A stretch of DNA of 64,000 nucleotides from Longimicrobiales bacterium (lineage in GTDB: Bacteria; Gemmatimonadota; Gemmatimonadetes; Longimicrobiales; Gaopeijiaceae), in contig OZ220732.1 in the NCBI GenBank assembly GCA_965116905.1, positions 1,184,001 to 1,248,000 of the forward strand. Reading direction: 5' to 3'. Below are positions 28,162 through 37,545 of this stretch, piece after piece (the first letter of the stretch is position 1; every line of letters begins with the position of its first letter). The notes beneath the pieces were generated by a model. The model ran no database searches. It saw nothing but the letters and a program-made list of their open reading frames with translations, and was not told the origin of the DNA. Made by a program: the position numbers and the translations under genes.

Positions 28162-29460
28162 ATGAACCTGTCAAAAACGAAGGGTGGGATTGCGGTTGCC
28201 GCCGCGGTTCTGGCGCTGGGGGCGTGTGACGAGCTCCTGACGGTCCAGGACCCGGGACGGTACACCGCGACCGACCTCGACGAAGCGCTTCCCGCCGTTG
28301 CGAACGGCGTGGAGGGAGCAGTCCATGAGGTCTTCGACAGTTGGGTGACTGATCAGGCGCTTTTGGGCGACGTCTACCAGCACACGGGGACCTGGGCCGG
28401 CTACGATGATCCGGACCATGGCCGCACCAACTACAACAACAACGGCACCAGCTTTGAGCAAGGCGCATGGCTGAGGGCGCAGTGGTTCGCGATGGACGCC
28501 GAGGAACGCTTCAAGCGGGTCCTGGGTGATGCCGAGGCGGCGAACAGCCCGTTGACCGCGCAGGTCAGACTGGGCGGCGGTCTCGCGGACATGCTTCTCG
28601 GCATGACCGCATGCGAGTCCGTGGGCGAGCCGACTGGTGCCCTGATGACCGACATGCAGATGCTGGCGCAGGCCGAACAGAAGCTCGGTGCCGCCATGAC
28701 TACGGCGCAGTCGGCGGGCCGACCGGAATACGCGATGGCTGCGCAGGCTGCCAGGGCTCAGACCCGCATGTTGCAGGGTGACTGGTCCGGGGCGGTCGCG
28801 GACGCTTCGGCGATTCCGGCCGGGTTTGAGTACTACGCCGTCTTCAACGTGCAGAGCACCAACTCGGTCGTTCAGCTCACCACCAAGAACAACAACGAGG
28901 CCGCCGGCCTCATGTACAAGTGGTGGCCGCTGATCGTGAAGAGCGATGATCCGGGATTCATGATGGATCCCTTGAGCGGCATGCCCGACAAGCGTCTCCC
29001 CGTATACTTCGACGGTGAGATCGCGACCGACAACGAGACTCCGCACTACAGCCAATGGAAGTACGTCCAGGACACGGACGACATTCCCATGCTGCATTCG
29101 GATGGCATGCGGCTGATCATCGCCGAGGCGATGGCGCGTTCCGGTGATTTCGCCGGTGCCACGGGGGTCCTGAACGAGTTGCGTGCGGCAGTGGGTCTGC
29201 CTGGGCATGAAGTGCCCACCACTCCCGAGATGATGGCCGAAATCGTCCTTTGGGAGCGTTTCGCCGAGCACTTCATGGAAGGTCAGCGCCTGATCGATCT
29301 GCGGCGCGCGGGTATAGTCCGCCAGATCTTCGAAGCGCTCAACGACCCGGACCGCCTGGGCGTCGGTCGGCCCACGCAGTGGCCGATGACCTCTACCGAG
29401 GCTCTCTACAATCCGAACATCGATGACGACCTGACCAAGAGGTGTCAGCCAAGGGCGTGA
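28162..29460 (+). CDS. RagB/SusD-like lipoprotein, copy 1
   Basis: Lipobox LGAC; LIIAEA, LNELRAAVGL, ERFAEHFMEGQRLIDLRR. Confidence 0.88.
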   Translation: MNLSKTKGGIAVAAAVLALGACDELLTVQDPGRYTATDLDEALPAVANGVEGAVHEVFDSWVTDQALLGDVYQHTGTWAGYDDPDHGRTNYNNNGTSFEQGAWLRAQWFAMDAEERFKRVLGDAEAANSPLTAQVRLGGGLADMLLGMTACESVGEPTGALMTDMQMLAQAEQKLGAAMTTAQSAGRPEYAMAAQAARAQTRMLQGDWSGAVADASAIPAGFEYYAVFNVQSTNSVVQLTTKNNNEAAGLMYKWWPLIVKSDDPGFMMDPLSGMPDKRLPVYFDGEIATDNETPHYSQWKYVQDTDDIPMLHSDGMRLIIAEAMARSGDFAGATGVLNELRAAVGLPGHEVPTTPEMMAEIVLWERFAEHFMEGQRLIDLRRAGIVRQIFEALNDPDRLGVGRPTQWPMTSTEALYNPNIDDDLTKRCQPRA

Positions 29461-29500
29461 TCGCCATGTGGAGGTCCTGAACTCCGGGGATTCCCGGGGT

Positions 29501-29541
29501 GGATGGGCGCGGCTCCCGCGAGCGGGGGTCGCGCCCATTCC
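29501..29541 (+). terminator. Strong hairpin between the two susD genes
   Basis: ATGGGCGCGGCTCCCG pairs with CGGGGGTCGCGCCCAT. Confidence 0.55.
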
Positions 29542-29581
29542 TGTATCGGGGTGGGGCGAGGGGTGCACAGGAGGGAGGAAC

Positions 29582-30823
29582 ATGAAGATGTCCAGCGCCT
29601 GCCGAGTGCTGATCGTTGCCACGTCGGCGTCACTCCTGTACGGTTGTGACGGTCTGCTGCACGTATCCGATCCGAACAACATCACGGCTGACGAGCTGGA
29701 CGCGAATCTGCCGCTGGTGGCGAATGGCGTCGAGGGTGCGGTCCACGATGTGGTTGACGATTGGGTCATCCGCCAGGCCCTCCTCGCGGATGTCTACCAG
29801 AGCACGGGAACACTCGCGGGGATTCGGGAGATCGATCTGGCGGAAGGTGATGCCGCAGTGCACGGCATGGTGGCGATCGCGAACGCCCTGACCAGGTCCC
29901 TGTGGTTTGCCGCGGACGCCGAAGCCCGCTTCAGGCGTGTCCTGGGAGAGGTCGCCGCCGAGAGCAGTCCGCTGACCGCTCAGGTACGCTTCTCCGCGGC
30001 TCTGGCCCATCTGTACATCGGGACGACGTTCTGCAGGTGGTCTGCCGCGCCTGGCGATGAAGTGGTCTCGGACGCGGAGATGCTGGCGCAAGCAGAGGCC
30101 GGGTTTGCCGATGCCATGGCTACCGCGCGGCGGGCGGGTAGCACGGAATACACCATCCCGGCGCAGGCGGGAAGGGCACAGGCGCGGATGCTGCTGGACG
30201 ACTGGTCGGGGGCGGAAGCCGATGCGGCGGCGATACCGGAGGGCTTTTCCTACGAGGCCGGCTTCAATGACGCCAATGCCAACTCGTTGGTGGAGCAAAC
30301 GAGCATCGCCCACAACAGGTACGCGGGGCTAATGTACAAGTGGTGGCCGCTGATCGAGCGGAGCACCGGGCCGGGCTCCATGCGGGATCCCTGGAGCGGC
30401 GCACCCGACCCCCGCATCCCGGTCTATTTCACCGGGGCACCTGGAGAAGACGGCGAGACGCCGTATCGCAGCCAGTGGAAATACTCCAACCTCGACGACG
30501 ACATCCCCATTCTGCACTCGGATCTCATGCAGTTGATCGTCGCCGAATCCAGGGCGCGGACCGGTGACCACGAGGCCGCGATGGTGGTTGTGAACCGGTT
30601 GCGTGTGGCGGTGGGCCTGACGGAGCTGGGCATGCCCGCCGACTCCGACATGATGGAGGCGATCCTCTTGCAGGAGCGCTTCGCCGAACTCTTCATGGAG
30701 GGACAGCGTCTGGTGGATCTGCACCGCAAGGGACTGATGCGCGAGGTTTTCGACGCCCTCGATGATCCCGCGCGGCCGGGGGAAGGCCGGCCATCCAAGT
30801 GGGGGGAGTGCGCACCGGGCTGA
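29582..30823 (+). CDS. RagB/SusD-like lipoprotein, copy 2
   Basis: GGAGG RBS; lipobox LYGC; shares blocks VANGVEGAVH, AGLMYKWWPLI, SQWKY, FMEGQRL with copy 1. Confidence 0.85.
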   Translation: MKMSSACRVLIVATSASLLYGCDGLLHVSDPNNITADELDANLPLVANGVEGAVHDVVDDWVIRQALLADVYQSTGTLAGIREIDLAEGDAAVHGMVAIANALTRSLWFAADAEARFRRVLGEVAAESSPLTAQVRFSAALAHLYIGTTFCRWSAAPGDEVVSDAEMLAQAEAGFADAMATARRAGSTEYTIPAQAGRAQARMLLDDWSGAEADAAAIPEGFSYEAGFNDANANSLVEQTSIAHNRYAGLMYKWWPLIERSTGPGSMRDPWSGAPDPRIPVYFTGAPGEDGETPYRSQWKYSNLDDDIPILHSDLMQLIVAESRARTGDHEAAMVVVNRLRVAVGLTELGMPADSDMMEAILLQERFAELFMEGQRLVDLHRKGLMREVFDALDDPARPGEGRPSKWGECAPG

Positions 30824-30856
30824 GCCGGCAGTTCTGCTCGCGCCGGCATGCGTCGG

Positions 30857-32065
30857 CTACAGCGACCGCAGGAAAGCCAGAACCTGGCTGCGGGCCTCTT
30901 CGGTCAGCCGTTGGAAGACATCCCGCGACGCGGCCGCTTCCCCGCCGTGCAGCAGAATCGCGTCCGACAGGCGCTGCGCGCGGCCGTCGTGAAGGAACTC
31001 GGAGCGGTGACCCAGCCCGACGAGTCGTGCGGTCTTCCACTCGGATGGGAGTACGCCTGGGGAGCAGACGTCGGCCAGTTCGGGTCCCATGTCGTGGAGC
31101 AGCAGGTCGGAGTAGAGGCGGAATCGCTTGCGGTCGAGTGCGGGAGATTCGCTGGCCGAGGTCGTGAAGGAGGGCGTGTGGCACGCGTCGCACCCCATGA
31201 ACGCGAAGATCTTCTCGCCCTCCTCGATGTCGGCCCGGGCCGCCGGATCTTCGGGCAGGATCGCTTGCGGCGGGGCCAGAAAGCGCATGTACGCGACAAG
31301 GAGCCCCAACTCTTCCGCGCCGACCTCGGGATCGGGCACCACGTCGATGCCCTCCGGCATGGGGACGCCGTTGTGGTCCAGTTCTTCCGGGTGAGTCGGC
31401 GTCGTGATCCCCATCTCGAGGCGGATCGCCTCTTCGATGAAGCCCTCCAGGGTGGTGTGCTGCGCCCTGCGGCCGAAACGGCCCGCCCGTCCGGCTGCGT
31501 CGAGGTTCGGACGGCCGGAGATGCCGTCGGCGTCGGCGTCGTCGGGGTCGGCGTTCCGCAGGATGTCCGCTTCCGCGATCTGCTCGACGAGCCCCAGCCC
31601 GTACACGGCCGGAGCCCGAATCTCGGTGGCGGCCGTGGCACCGGGCGGTATCCTCTCCGCTCCGAAGCCCAAGGCCCTGGCCGACTCGATCACGACCATC
31701 TGAAGCAGGTCGCCTCCGTGCTCCGAGAGCGTGCTGCAGCCCACGACGGGGTCGAATCGACTCACCTTGGTGACCGGCTCCGCGCCATGGCCGCCGCTCG
31801 TGGGCAAGTCGTGGCAGGAGCCGCACCGGTCCTGGTTGAAGAGGGGCCCCAGGCCGTCTTCGGGGGCGAAGGGCCGGTTGAAGAGAGCCTCACCCCTGGC
31901 GAAAGCCGACCGTTCGGATTCGGTCAGTTCCGGAAGCGGAAAGCCGGGTTCCGTCTCGGTGTACGGTGCCTGACCCAGCGCGCCACAGCCCGCCAACAGG
32001 ATCGTGAGGCCGAGCGCGCTTCTTTCGGCGACCTGCAACAGGAACTTCGGGGGTTGGGGCGTCAA
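30857..32065 (-). CDS. Di-heme oxidoreductase family protein (DUF1111), copy 2
   Basis: GLGPLFN..CGSCH, DPDDADADGISGR, GRFG, CDACH, LLLHDMG, FLHDGRA; lipobox LAGC; TTGA overlap with the upstream gene. Confidence 0.88.
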   Translation of the reverse strand: MTPQPPKFLLQVAERSALGLTILLAGCGALGQAPYTETEPGFPLPELTESERSAFARGEALFNRPFAPEDGLGPLFNQDRCGSCHDLPTSGGHGAEPVTKVSRFDPVVGCSTLSEHGGDLLQMVVIESARALGFGAERIPPGATAATEIRAPAVYGLGLVEQIAEADILRNADPDDADADGISGRPNLDAAGRAGRFGRRAQHTTLEGFIEEAIRLEMGITTPTHPEELDHNGVPMPEGIDVVPDPEVGAEELGLLVAYMRFLAPPQAILPEDPAARADIEEGEKIFAFMGCDACHTPSFTTSASESPALDRKRFRLYSDLLLHDMGPELADVCSPGVLPSEWKTARLVGLGHRSEFLHDGRAQRLSDAILLHGGEAAASRDVFQRLTEEARSQVLAFLRSL

Positions 32066-32544
32066 CCGCCGCCCGCGCTGACGTCGTTGTACTTGTACAC
32101 GAACCTGAGCGTCTCCCGTTCCCCGTCCGCGTTCTCGAGGACGAGCAGGCGCGAGTCGTTGTACCACTCTTCGTCGTCCAGGTACACCGTCATGGACAGC
32201 GTTGCCGGTCGCAGTTCGGTCGGATACGCCTCGGCGAAGAACTGAAGCCGCGACGTGAACGGATAGGACCGGGAGAACGGCAGCGAAACGTCCGTCGTGT
32301 CCGAGGCCACGAGATGAATCAGCCTGGCGCATTGCGGGCACTCGGGATCCTCCAGCTCGACGAACCACTGCGACGTGATGAGCGTTACCTCGCTGACCTC
32401 CGAACTGGTGATTTCAAGGTGCGCGACTTCGGGCTCGCGGTCCAGGATCAGGGCATCGCACGCCCCGAGCATCACCGCCGAACCCGCGAATACGGCCACC
32501 AGGCTGGCCCGTCGGGCGGCCCTCTCTGCGTTTGACAACTTCAT
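32062..32544 (-). CDS. Hypothetical lipoprotein with a CPQC motif
   Basis: Lipobox LGAC; coupled to the DUF1111 gene. Confidence 0.7.
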   Translation of the reverse strand: MKLSNAERAARRASLVAVFAGSAVMLGACDALILDREPEVAHLEITSSEVSEVTLITSQWFVELEDPECPQCARLIHLVASDTTDVSLPFSRSYPFTSRLQFFAEAYPTELRPATLSMTVYLDDEEWYNDSRLLVLENADGERETLRFVYKYNDVSAGGG

Positions 32545-32670
32545 GGTCCCACCTTGCTATGGTCTGCGACTTCGAATCTTCCTTCCTGAACCCCTCTTCC
32601 TACCCGCCACTCTCCATGATGTTCACGGGACTCCGGCGGGCGCAAGCGGGGGCGGGGACCCGCCCAGCCT

Positions 32671-34161
32671 TCAACGGAAATTCCCGAAGTCGACCACGGC
32701 CTCCTTCGCCCCGTCGCCCCAGTCGACCGTGACGGCTCCCGACATCTCGGTGGGCACGATTCCCAGCACCCAGTCGACCAGCGCCGTCACGCGCGCGAAC
32801 GCGGTGGGCTGGTAGCAGATGTTCGTGCCGAAGCTGAGGACCCCAACCTGGATCCACCGGTTGCGGAACGGCACCATCAGCGGGCCGCCCGAGTCTCCGT
32901 TGCAGGTGGACTCGCTCGAGCCCTGCTTGCCGGCACAGATCGTCACGTCCAGGATGTTGGAGTCGAGGTGCGTCCGGCACTCGTCGTTCGAGATGATTTC
33001 GGCCTCCAGCTTCTTGAGCACCGCCGACGACTGTCCCCCGTCCGAAGTCAGGCCCCATCCGACCACGGTGCCGACCGTGCCCGGGGCCGACATCTCGATC
33101 CGGTCCGGCGTGAGCAGTTCGATGCGCGAGTACATGTAGTGGCCTGCGAGTTCGAGCAGGGCGATGTCGCTGGAAATGGCCGAGGGCGTAAAGGCGGGGT
33201 GGATGAGAATGCGCGTCACGTCGAGGACTTCACCGTCCTGCGTCTTGTCGTGGGCGCCCGCGAGCACTTTCACCGTGGCCGGGTCAATGCCGCCGTCAAC
33301 ACAGTGGGCGGCGGTCAGCACCCATTGGCGGGAAATGAACGTACCGCCGCAGAACTGAAAGCCGCCGGGCGTCACGAGCGCCACCTGAAACGGGAACTCT
33401 CCGGGTTCCGCCTCGGTGCCGCCGATGATCGCGGCGACGTTGGGATCCAGGGGTGCGCCCGCCAGTCCCGGGGCCGTGTTGGTCCACCCCATCGTCAGTT
33501 CCTGGGTGACCGTGTAGGCCAGGCGGTGATCTAGCCCCTCGAACCTGTACTCGCCGTCGTCATTGGTGAGGGCGGTGACTTCGGTGGAGTCGCGGATGCC
33601 GTCGCCGTTCTCGTCCAGGAAGACGACGAAGGAAGGGATGGTCTCTTCATCCTCGCCGCGCAGGCCGTCGGCGTCGGCGTCGTGCCACACCACGCCGGAA
33701 ATGACGTTCTCGCCCGTGCCCGGGGGGCTGTTGACGGTGATCGGGGTACCGGTCTGCGTGTGGGTTGCGCCCCGGTCGTCGGTGACGGTGAGCTGCGGGG
33801 CGTAGGAGCCCGCGTCCGGGTATGTGTGGGTGACCGTGCGGCCCTCGCCCGTCCCGCCGTCGCCGAACGCCCAGGCGTAGCTGACGATCGTGCCGTCGGG
33901 ATCGCTGGAGCTGCTGGCGTCGAAGCGCACTTCGAGCGGCGCCGAGCCTTCCGAGATGTCGGTCGTGAAGGCGGCCGTCGGGCGCTGGTTCGGGGTGCCC
34001 GTGGGTTGTGTGGGTGCGGGGTCGCCGCAGGCGGTGGCCAGCAGGGCGAGAAGGAGTCCGTGGACAAACCCACGCGAGCACCGAGAGAGGCGAGGCGCTG
34101 CGGCCGGCAGGGCCATTGCGGTGCCCGGCGAAACGGATCCGGGCAGGGGCTTCGGGACCAT
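32671..34161 (-). CDS. Lipoprotein with PKD, SdrD-B-like and S1 serine protease domains
   Basis: ATAC lipobox; SSDPDG..YAWAFGDG PKD; SGVVWHD.D.DG/LDENGDG; IIGG, TAAHC, DIALL, GDSGGP. Confidence 0.88.
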   Translation of the reverse strand: MVPKPLPGSVSPGTAMALPAAAPRLSRCSRGFVHGLLLALLATACGDPAPTQPTGTPNQRPTAAFTTDISEGSAPLEVRFDASSSSDPDGTIVSYAWAFGDGGTGEGRTVTHTYPDAGSYAPQLTVTDDRGATHTQTGTPITVNSPPGTGENVISGVVWHDADADGLRGEDEETIPSFVVFLDENGDGIRDSTEVTALTNDDGEYRFEGLDHRLAYTVTQELTMGWTNTAPGLAGAPLDPNVAAIIGGTEAEPGEFPFQVALVTPGGFQFCGGTFISRQWVLTAAHCVDGGIDPATVKVLAGAHDKTQDGEVLDVTRILIHPAFTPSAISSDIALLELAGHYMYSRIELLTPDRIEMSAPGTVGTVVGWGLTSDGGQSSAVLKKLEAEIISNDECRTHLDSNILDVTICAGKQGSSESTCNGDSGGPLMVPFRNRWIQVGVLSFGTNICYQPTAFARVTALVDWVLGIVPTEMSGAVTVDWGDGAKEAVVDFGNFR

Positions 34162-34238
34162 CGTTGTTCTTCCTGGAATGACTGTTGGCGGGCAGGTCAA
34201 AGCTATGCTACCCGCTTCGGGGTCGGAAGGTGCCCGAA

Positions 34239-34267
34239 TGGACGAGTTGGGGCGGCCACCGTATAAT
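34239..34267 (+). promoter_or_regulatory. Sigma70-type promoter
   Basis: TGGACG-17 nt-TATAAT, 42 bp upstream of the cyclophilin ATG. Confidence 0.65.
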
Positions 34268-34309
34268 CTGCGGCATCCCTTTTCACCCGCAGACCGGACG
34301 AATCCGCCC

Positions 34310-35014
34310 ATGACATCGAACCCCATATCCAGGCGCACATTCCGTTTCTCCGCCCTCCTCCCGGCCGCACTGCTTCCGTTTTCGGCCTGTGCCGGCGATG
34401 ACGGAGGCTCGGATGCCGAAGCCGCGGCGGCCGCCAACCCGCTGCTGAGTCCGCCCGACCTGGCCGAGACCGCGCCCGAGACGTTCCAGGCCCGGTTCGA
34501 GACCACCAGGGGCGAGTTCGTGGTCGAAGTCACGCGGGCGTGGGCTCCGAACGGCGCCGACCGCTTCTACAACCTGGTCAAGAACGGGTTTTTCGAAGAC
34601 GTGCGCTTCTTCCGCGTGATGGAGAACTTCATGGCGCAGTTCGGCATGCACGGGGACCCCCAGGTGCAGGCAGCCTGGACGATGGCGACGATTCCGGACG
34701 ACCCGGTCATGGCTTCGAATGCGCGGGGCACGCTGACCTTCGCGATGCGCGGCGCGGACACCCGCACGACCCAACTCTTCCTCAACTTCATCGACAACTC
34801 GCGGCTGGACGAGATGGGGTTCGCCCCCATCGGCACGGTCGTCGACGGGATGGATGTGGTCGACCAGATCTATGCGGGGTACGGGGAGAGCGCCTCGCGC
34901 GGCGGCAACGGACCCCTGGCGCAGAACATCGCGGCCGAGGGCAACGAGTACCTGGAAGAGAGCTTCCCGGAGCTGGACTACATCGTTTCGGCGGCTCTGG
35001 TGGGCGGGGGGTAG
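34310..35014 (+). CDS. Cyclophilin-type peptidylprolyl isomerase (lipoprotein)
   Basis: WAPNGADRFYNLV, FFRV..FMAQFG, RTTQLFLN, GFAPIG. Confidence 0.92.
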   Translation: MTSNPISRRTFRFSALLPAALLPFSACAGDDGGSDAEAAAAANPLLSPPDLAETAPETFQARFETTRGEFVVEVTRAWAPNGADRFYNLVKNGFFEDVRFFRVMENFMAQFGMHGDPQVQAAWTMATIPDDPVMASNARGTLTFAMRGADTRTTQLFLNFIDNSRLDEMGFAPIGTVVDGMDVVDQIYAGYGESASRGGNGPLAQNIAAEGNEYLEESFPELDYIVSAALVGGG

Positions 35015-35017
35015 GGG

Positions 35018-36178
35018 CTACGCGGCTCCTACCGTCAGGTCACCAGCCCACAGACGCCGCGCGAACGTCGCGGCCGGCAGCACCTCGATTCCATCCCTGG
35101 TCCGACGCGCCTTGGCCTCGAGGCACACGATTACGCGTCGCCGCACGGCGTGTTCCGTCGCCAGGATGCGCAATCCCTTCAGGTGGTGCCGGCCGATCAC
35201 CGCGCTCGCCTTGGCCTCCACGGCGAGCCCCATGTCGCCCAGCACGAAGTCGACCTCGATACCGCTCGGCAACCGCCAGTGCGTGAGGCCGCCGTCGAAG
35301 TCCGTGTAGGCCACAAAGGCCGCCAGCTCATGGTGCACCCAGTTCTCAAACGCCTTCCCGTACTGCTCGGAGCCCCGCTCCACCGTGCCCCGCCGCGCCA
35401 GGCGGTTGACCACGCCCACATCGGAGAAATAGAACTTCCCGGTACCCATCAAGCGTCGCTTGAGCCGCCTGCGCCAGGCCGGCAGCCAGCGTCCCAGCAG
35501 CGTGTCCTCCAGGATGTCGAAGTAGTTCTTCACGGCCTGGCTCGACACTCCGCACTCGCGGGCGATGTTCGAGAAGTTGACAGGCTCCGTGTCGCCCAGG
35601 GCCGCGATGTCCAGGAAACCGGAAAAGGCGGGCAGATTCCTGACCAGCCCTTCCGATGCGATTTCCTCCTTGATGTAGTCGGCAATATAGGAATCGAGGC
35701 GGCGCCGAGCCTGGGCCGACTGGTGAATTCGAGGCAGGTAGCCCCGGTTGAGCAACCGGTCCAGGTCGAAGCGATCCCCGAGTTCCCCGGCCGCCAGACC
35801 TCTCAATTCGAATCGAAGCGCGCGCCCCCCGAGCAGGTTGGCCGCGCCCCTCCTGACCTTTCGCGCGCTGGATCCGCAAAGCGCGAAGTGGAGCCCCCGG
35901 TTTTCGATCAGCCAGTGCACCTCGTTCAGGAGCGCGGGCACCATCTGGACTTCGTCGATGACGATCTGCCGCGTGGGGTCGGAGTTGGCTTCGAGTTCCA
36001 GCCGCAGGAGTTCCGGGCGAGTTGCGTAGCGCCTGAACTCCTCGCTCTTCAGCAGATCGATCCAGTGACCGCCGGGATAGTGCTTCCGCAACAGGGTACT
36101 CTTCCCGGTCTGCCGGGGTCCCCAAAGGAAGAAGGTCTCCGTTCCCGAACTGGGCAGTTCCAAGCTTCGATTGAACAT
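35018..36178 (-). CDS. AAA+ ATPase (AAA_14 plus DUF4143)
   Basis: GPRQTGKST, IDEVQ, GSS, LGGRA, internal HTH, KFYFSDVG, EVDF..VEAK PD-(D/E)xK-like tail. Confidence 0.92.
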   Translation of the reverse strand: MFNRSLELPSSGTETFFLWGPRQTGKSTLLRKHYPGGHWIDLLKSEEFRRYATRPELLRLELEANSDPTRQIVIDEVQMVPALLNEVHWLIENRGLHFALCGSSARKVRRGAANLLGGRALRFELRGLAAGELGDRFDLDRLLNRGYLPRIHQSAQARRRLDSYIADYIKEEIASEGLVRNLPAFSGFLDIAALGDTEPVNFSNIARECGVSSQAVKNYFDILEDTLLGRWLPAWRRRLKRRLMGTGKFYFSDVGVVNRLARRGTVERGSEQYGKAFENWVHHELAAFVAYTDFDGGLTHWRLPSGIEVDFVLGDMGLAVEAKASAVIGRHHLKGLRILATEHAVRRRVIVCLEAKARRTRDGIEVLPAATFARRLWAGDLTVGAA

Positions 36179-36180
36179 GG

Positions 36181-36208
36181 ACTTGAAATTATCATGATAT
36201 TTTCAAGT
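36181..36208. promoter_or_regulatory. AT-rich 28-bp palindrome immediately upstream of the AAA gene (putative operator)
   Basis: ACTTGAAA-TTATCATGATAT-TTTCAAGT, one mismatched pair. Confidence 0.6.
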
Positions 36209-36267
36209 AGTCCAGCCAGTTTATCGCCAACAATGTCATAATCTGGCGAGATTCTGTCCATGACTGG

Positions 36268-36954
36268 CTAATACGGCACCCCAAGCGCCTTGCACAGCCA
36301 CCGCTGAAGTGTCACGCCGTCCCGGCACAGCCCCGCGAACATGTCGAGGAACCCGTCCGCGGTCAGGGCGTCGGAGGGTAGCCGTGCGACTCCGATGAAG
36401 TCCTTGCGCCGTAGATCCACGATCATCGGGTGGTCGATCTTGTAGCCCTTCGGGGCCCTTACCAGCGAATCGCCGGAGAGTTCGAAGCTGCGCGCGAAGC
36501 GCGGATCCGTCGAAGCCCGAATCCACGCGTCGGGGTCCTCGTCGATGGACTCGCGGATCCTGCGCAGAGCGGCACCGGCCGGCCGCCAGACACCGCATCC
36601 CACGAAGCACGATCCCGGCGCAATGTGGAGGTAGAAGCCCGGCGCGTGCGCGTCCTTGCTGGCCTCGTGCCGGAAGTGGATGCCCGTGTGCGTCTTGTAG
36701 GGCGTCTTGTCCTTCGAGAAGCGGGTGTCGCGGTAGATCCGGAAGAGCGAGCCGCCGTTCGCCCGGGGGTCGGCCCGGAAGCGCGAACTGATCTTGTGCA
36801 GGTGCGGGGCGAAGTCGTTGATGAAGCGGAGCGCGGGGTCCCGGACATCGGCCATGTAGCGCGGCTTGTTGGCGCCGAACCACTCGCGGTTGTTGTTGGC
36901 CGCCAGTTCGGTCAGAAACGAGAAGGTGCGAGAGGTGAAGTAGGCGTCTGCCAT
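36268..36954 (-). CDS. DUF2461 / TIGR02453 family protein
   Basis: NNNREWF, FRIYRDTRFSKDKTPYKTH, PGFYLH, PKGY..DHP. Confidence 0.92.
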   Translation of the reverse strand: MADAYFTSRTFSFLTELAANNNREWFGANKPRYMADVRDPALRFINDFAPHLHKISSRFRADPRANGGSLFRIYRDTRFSKDKTPYKTHTGIHFRHEASKDAHAPGFYLHIAPGSCFVGCGVWRPAGAALRRIRESIDEDPDAWIRASTDPRFARSFELSGDSLVRAPKGYKIDHPMIVDLRRKDFIGVARLPSDALTADGFLDMFAGLCRDGVTLQRWLCKALGVPY

Positions 36955-37092
36955 GAAGTGGCCTGTCGTGTGGCGGTGAAGTAAGATCAACGGCGCTGTT
37001 ATCTACGCCTGCGGCGACGTCCGACGCAAGCACGCCGGACACGCGCCGCGGCGCCCGCAACCATTGACCGGACTCGTGGAGGAGCCGCCCGG

Positions 37093-37539
37093 ATGACTCG
37101 AACCCGTATAGGCCGGACCATCAATGCACCCGTGGACGCGGTCTTCGAGACCGTCTCCGACATCTCCCAATACACCAGGGCCGTGCCGGACATCGTGCGG
37201 GTCGAGTTCGTGACCGAGCGGAAGACCGGCGTCGGGACCCGCTTCCGCGAAACGCGCCGGATGGGCAAGCGGGAGGCCACGACCGAGCTCGAAGTCACCG
37301 AGTACGTGAAGGACGAGCGGGTGCGCATGGTCTCCGATGCCGGCGGCACGGTGTGGGACTCGGTGTTCACCGTAACGGCCATGGGCGACGGCGAGGGGAC
37401 AAGGCTCGATCTGGTCATGGAGGCGCGGCCGTACCGGCTCTTGTCGCGGTTGATGGTGCCCCTGATGAAGGGTGCGGTTGCCAAGGCGGTGGCCGGGGAC
37501 ATGGACGCGCTGAAGGCCTGGCTCGAGGGGGACGGGTAG
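37093..37539 (+). CDS. SRPBCC family protein
   Basis: GGAGG RBS; INAPVDAVF, GVGTRF, C-terminal helix DALKAWLE. Confidence 0.85.
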   Translation: MTRTRIGRTINAPVDAVFETVSDISQYTRAVPDIVRVEFVTERKTGVGTRFRETRRMGKREATTELEVTEYVKDERVRMVSDAGGTVWDSVFTVTAMGDGEGTRLDLVMEARPYRLLSRLMVPLMKGAVAKAVAGDMDALKAWLEGDG

Positions 37540-37545
37540 GGAGCG

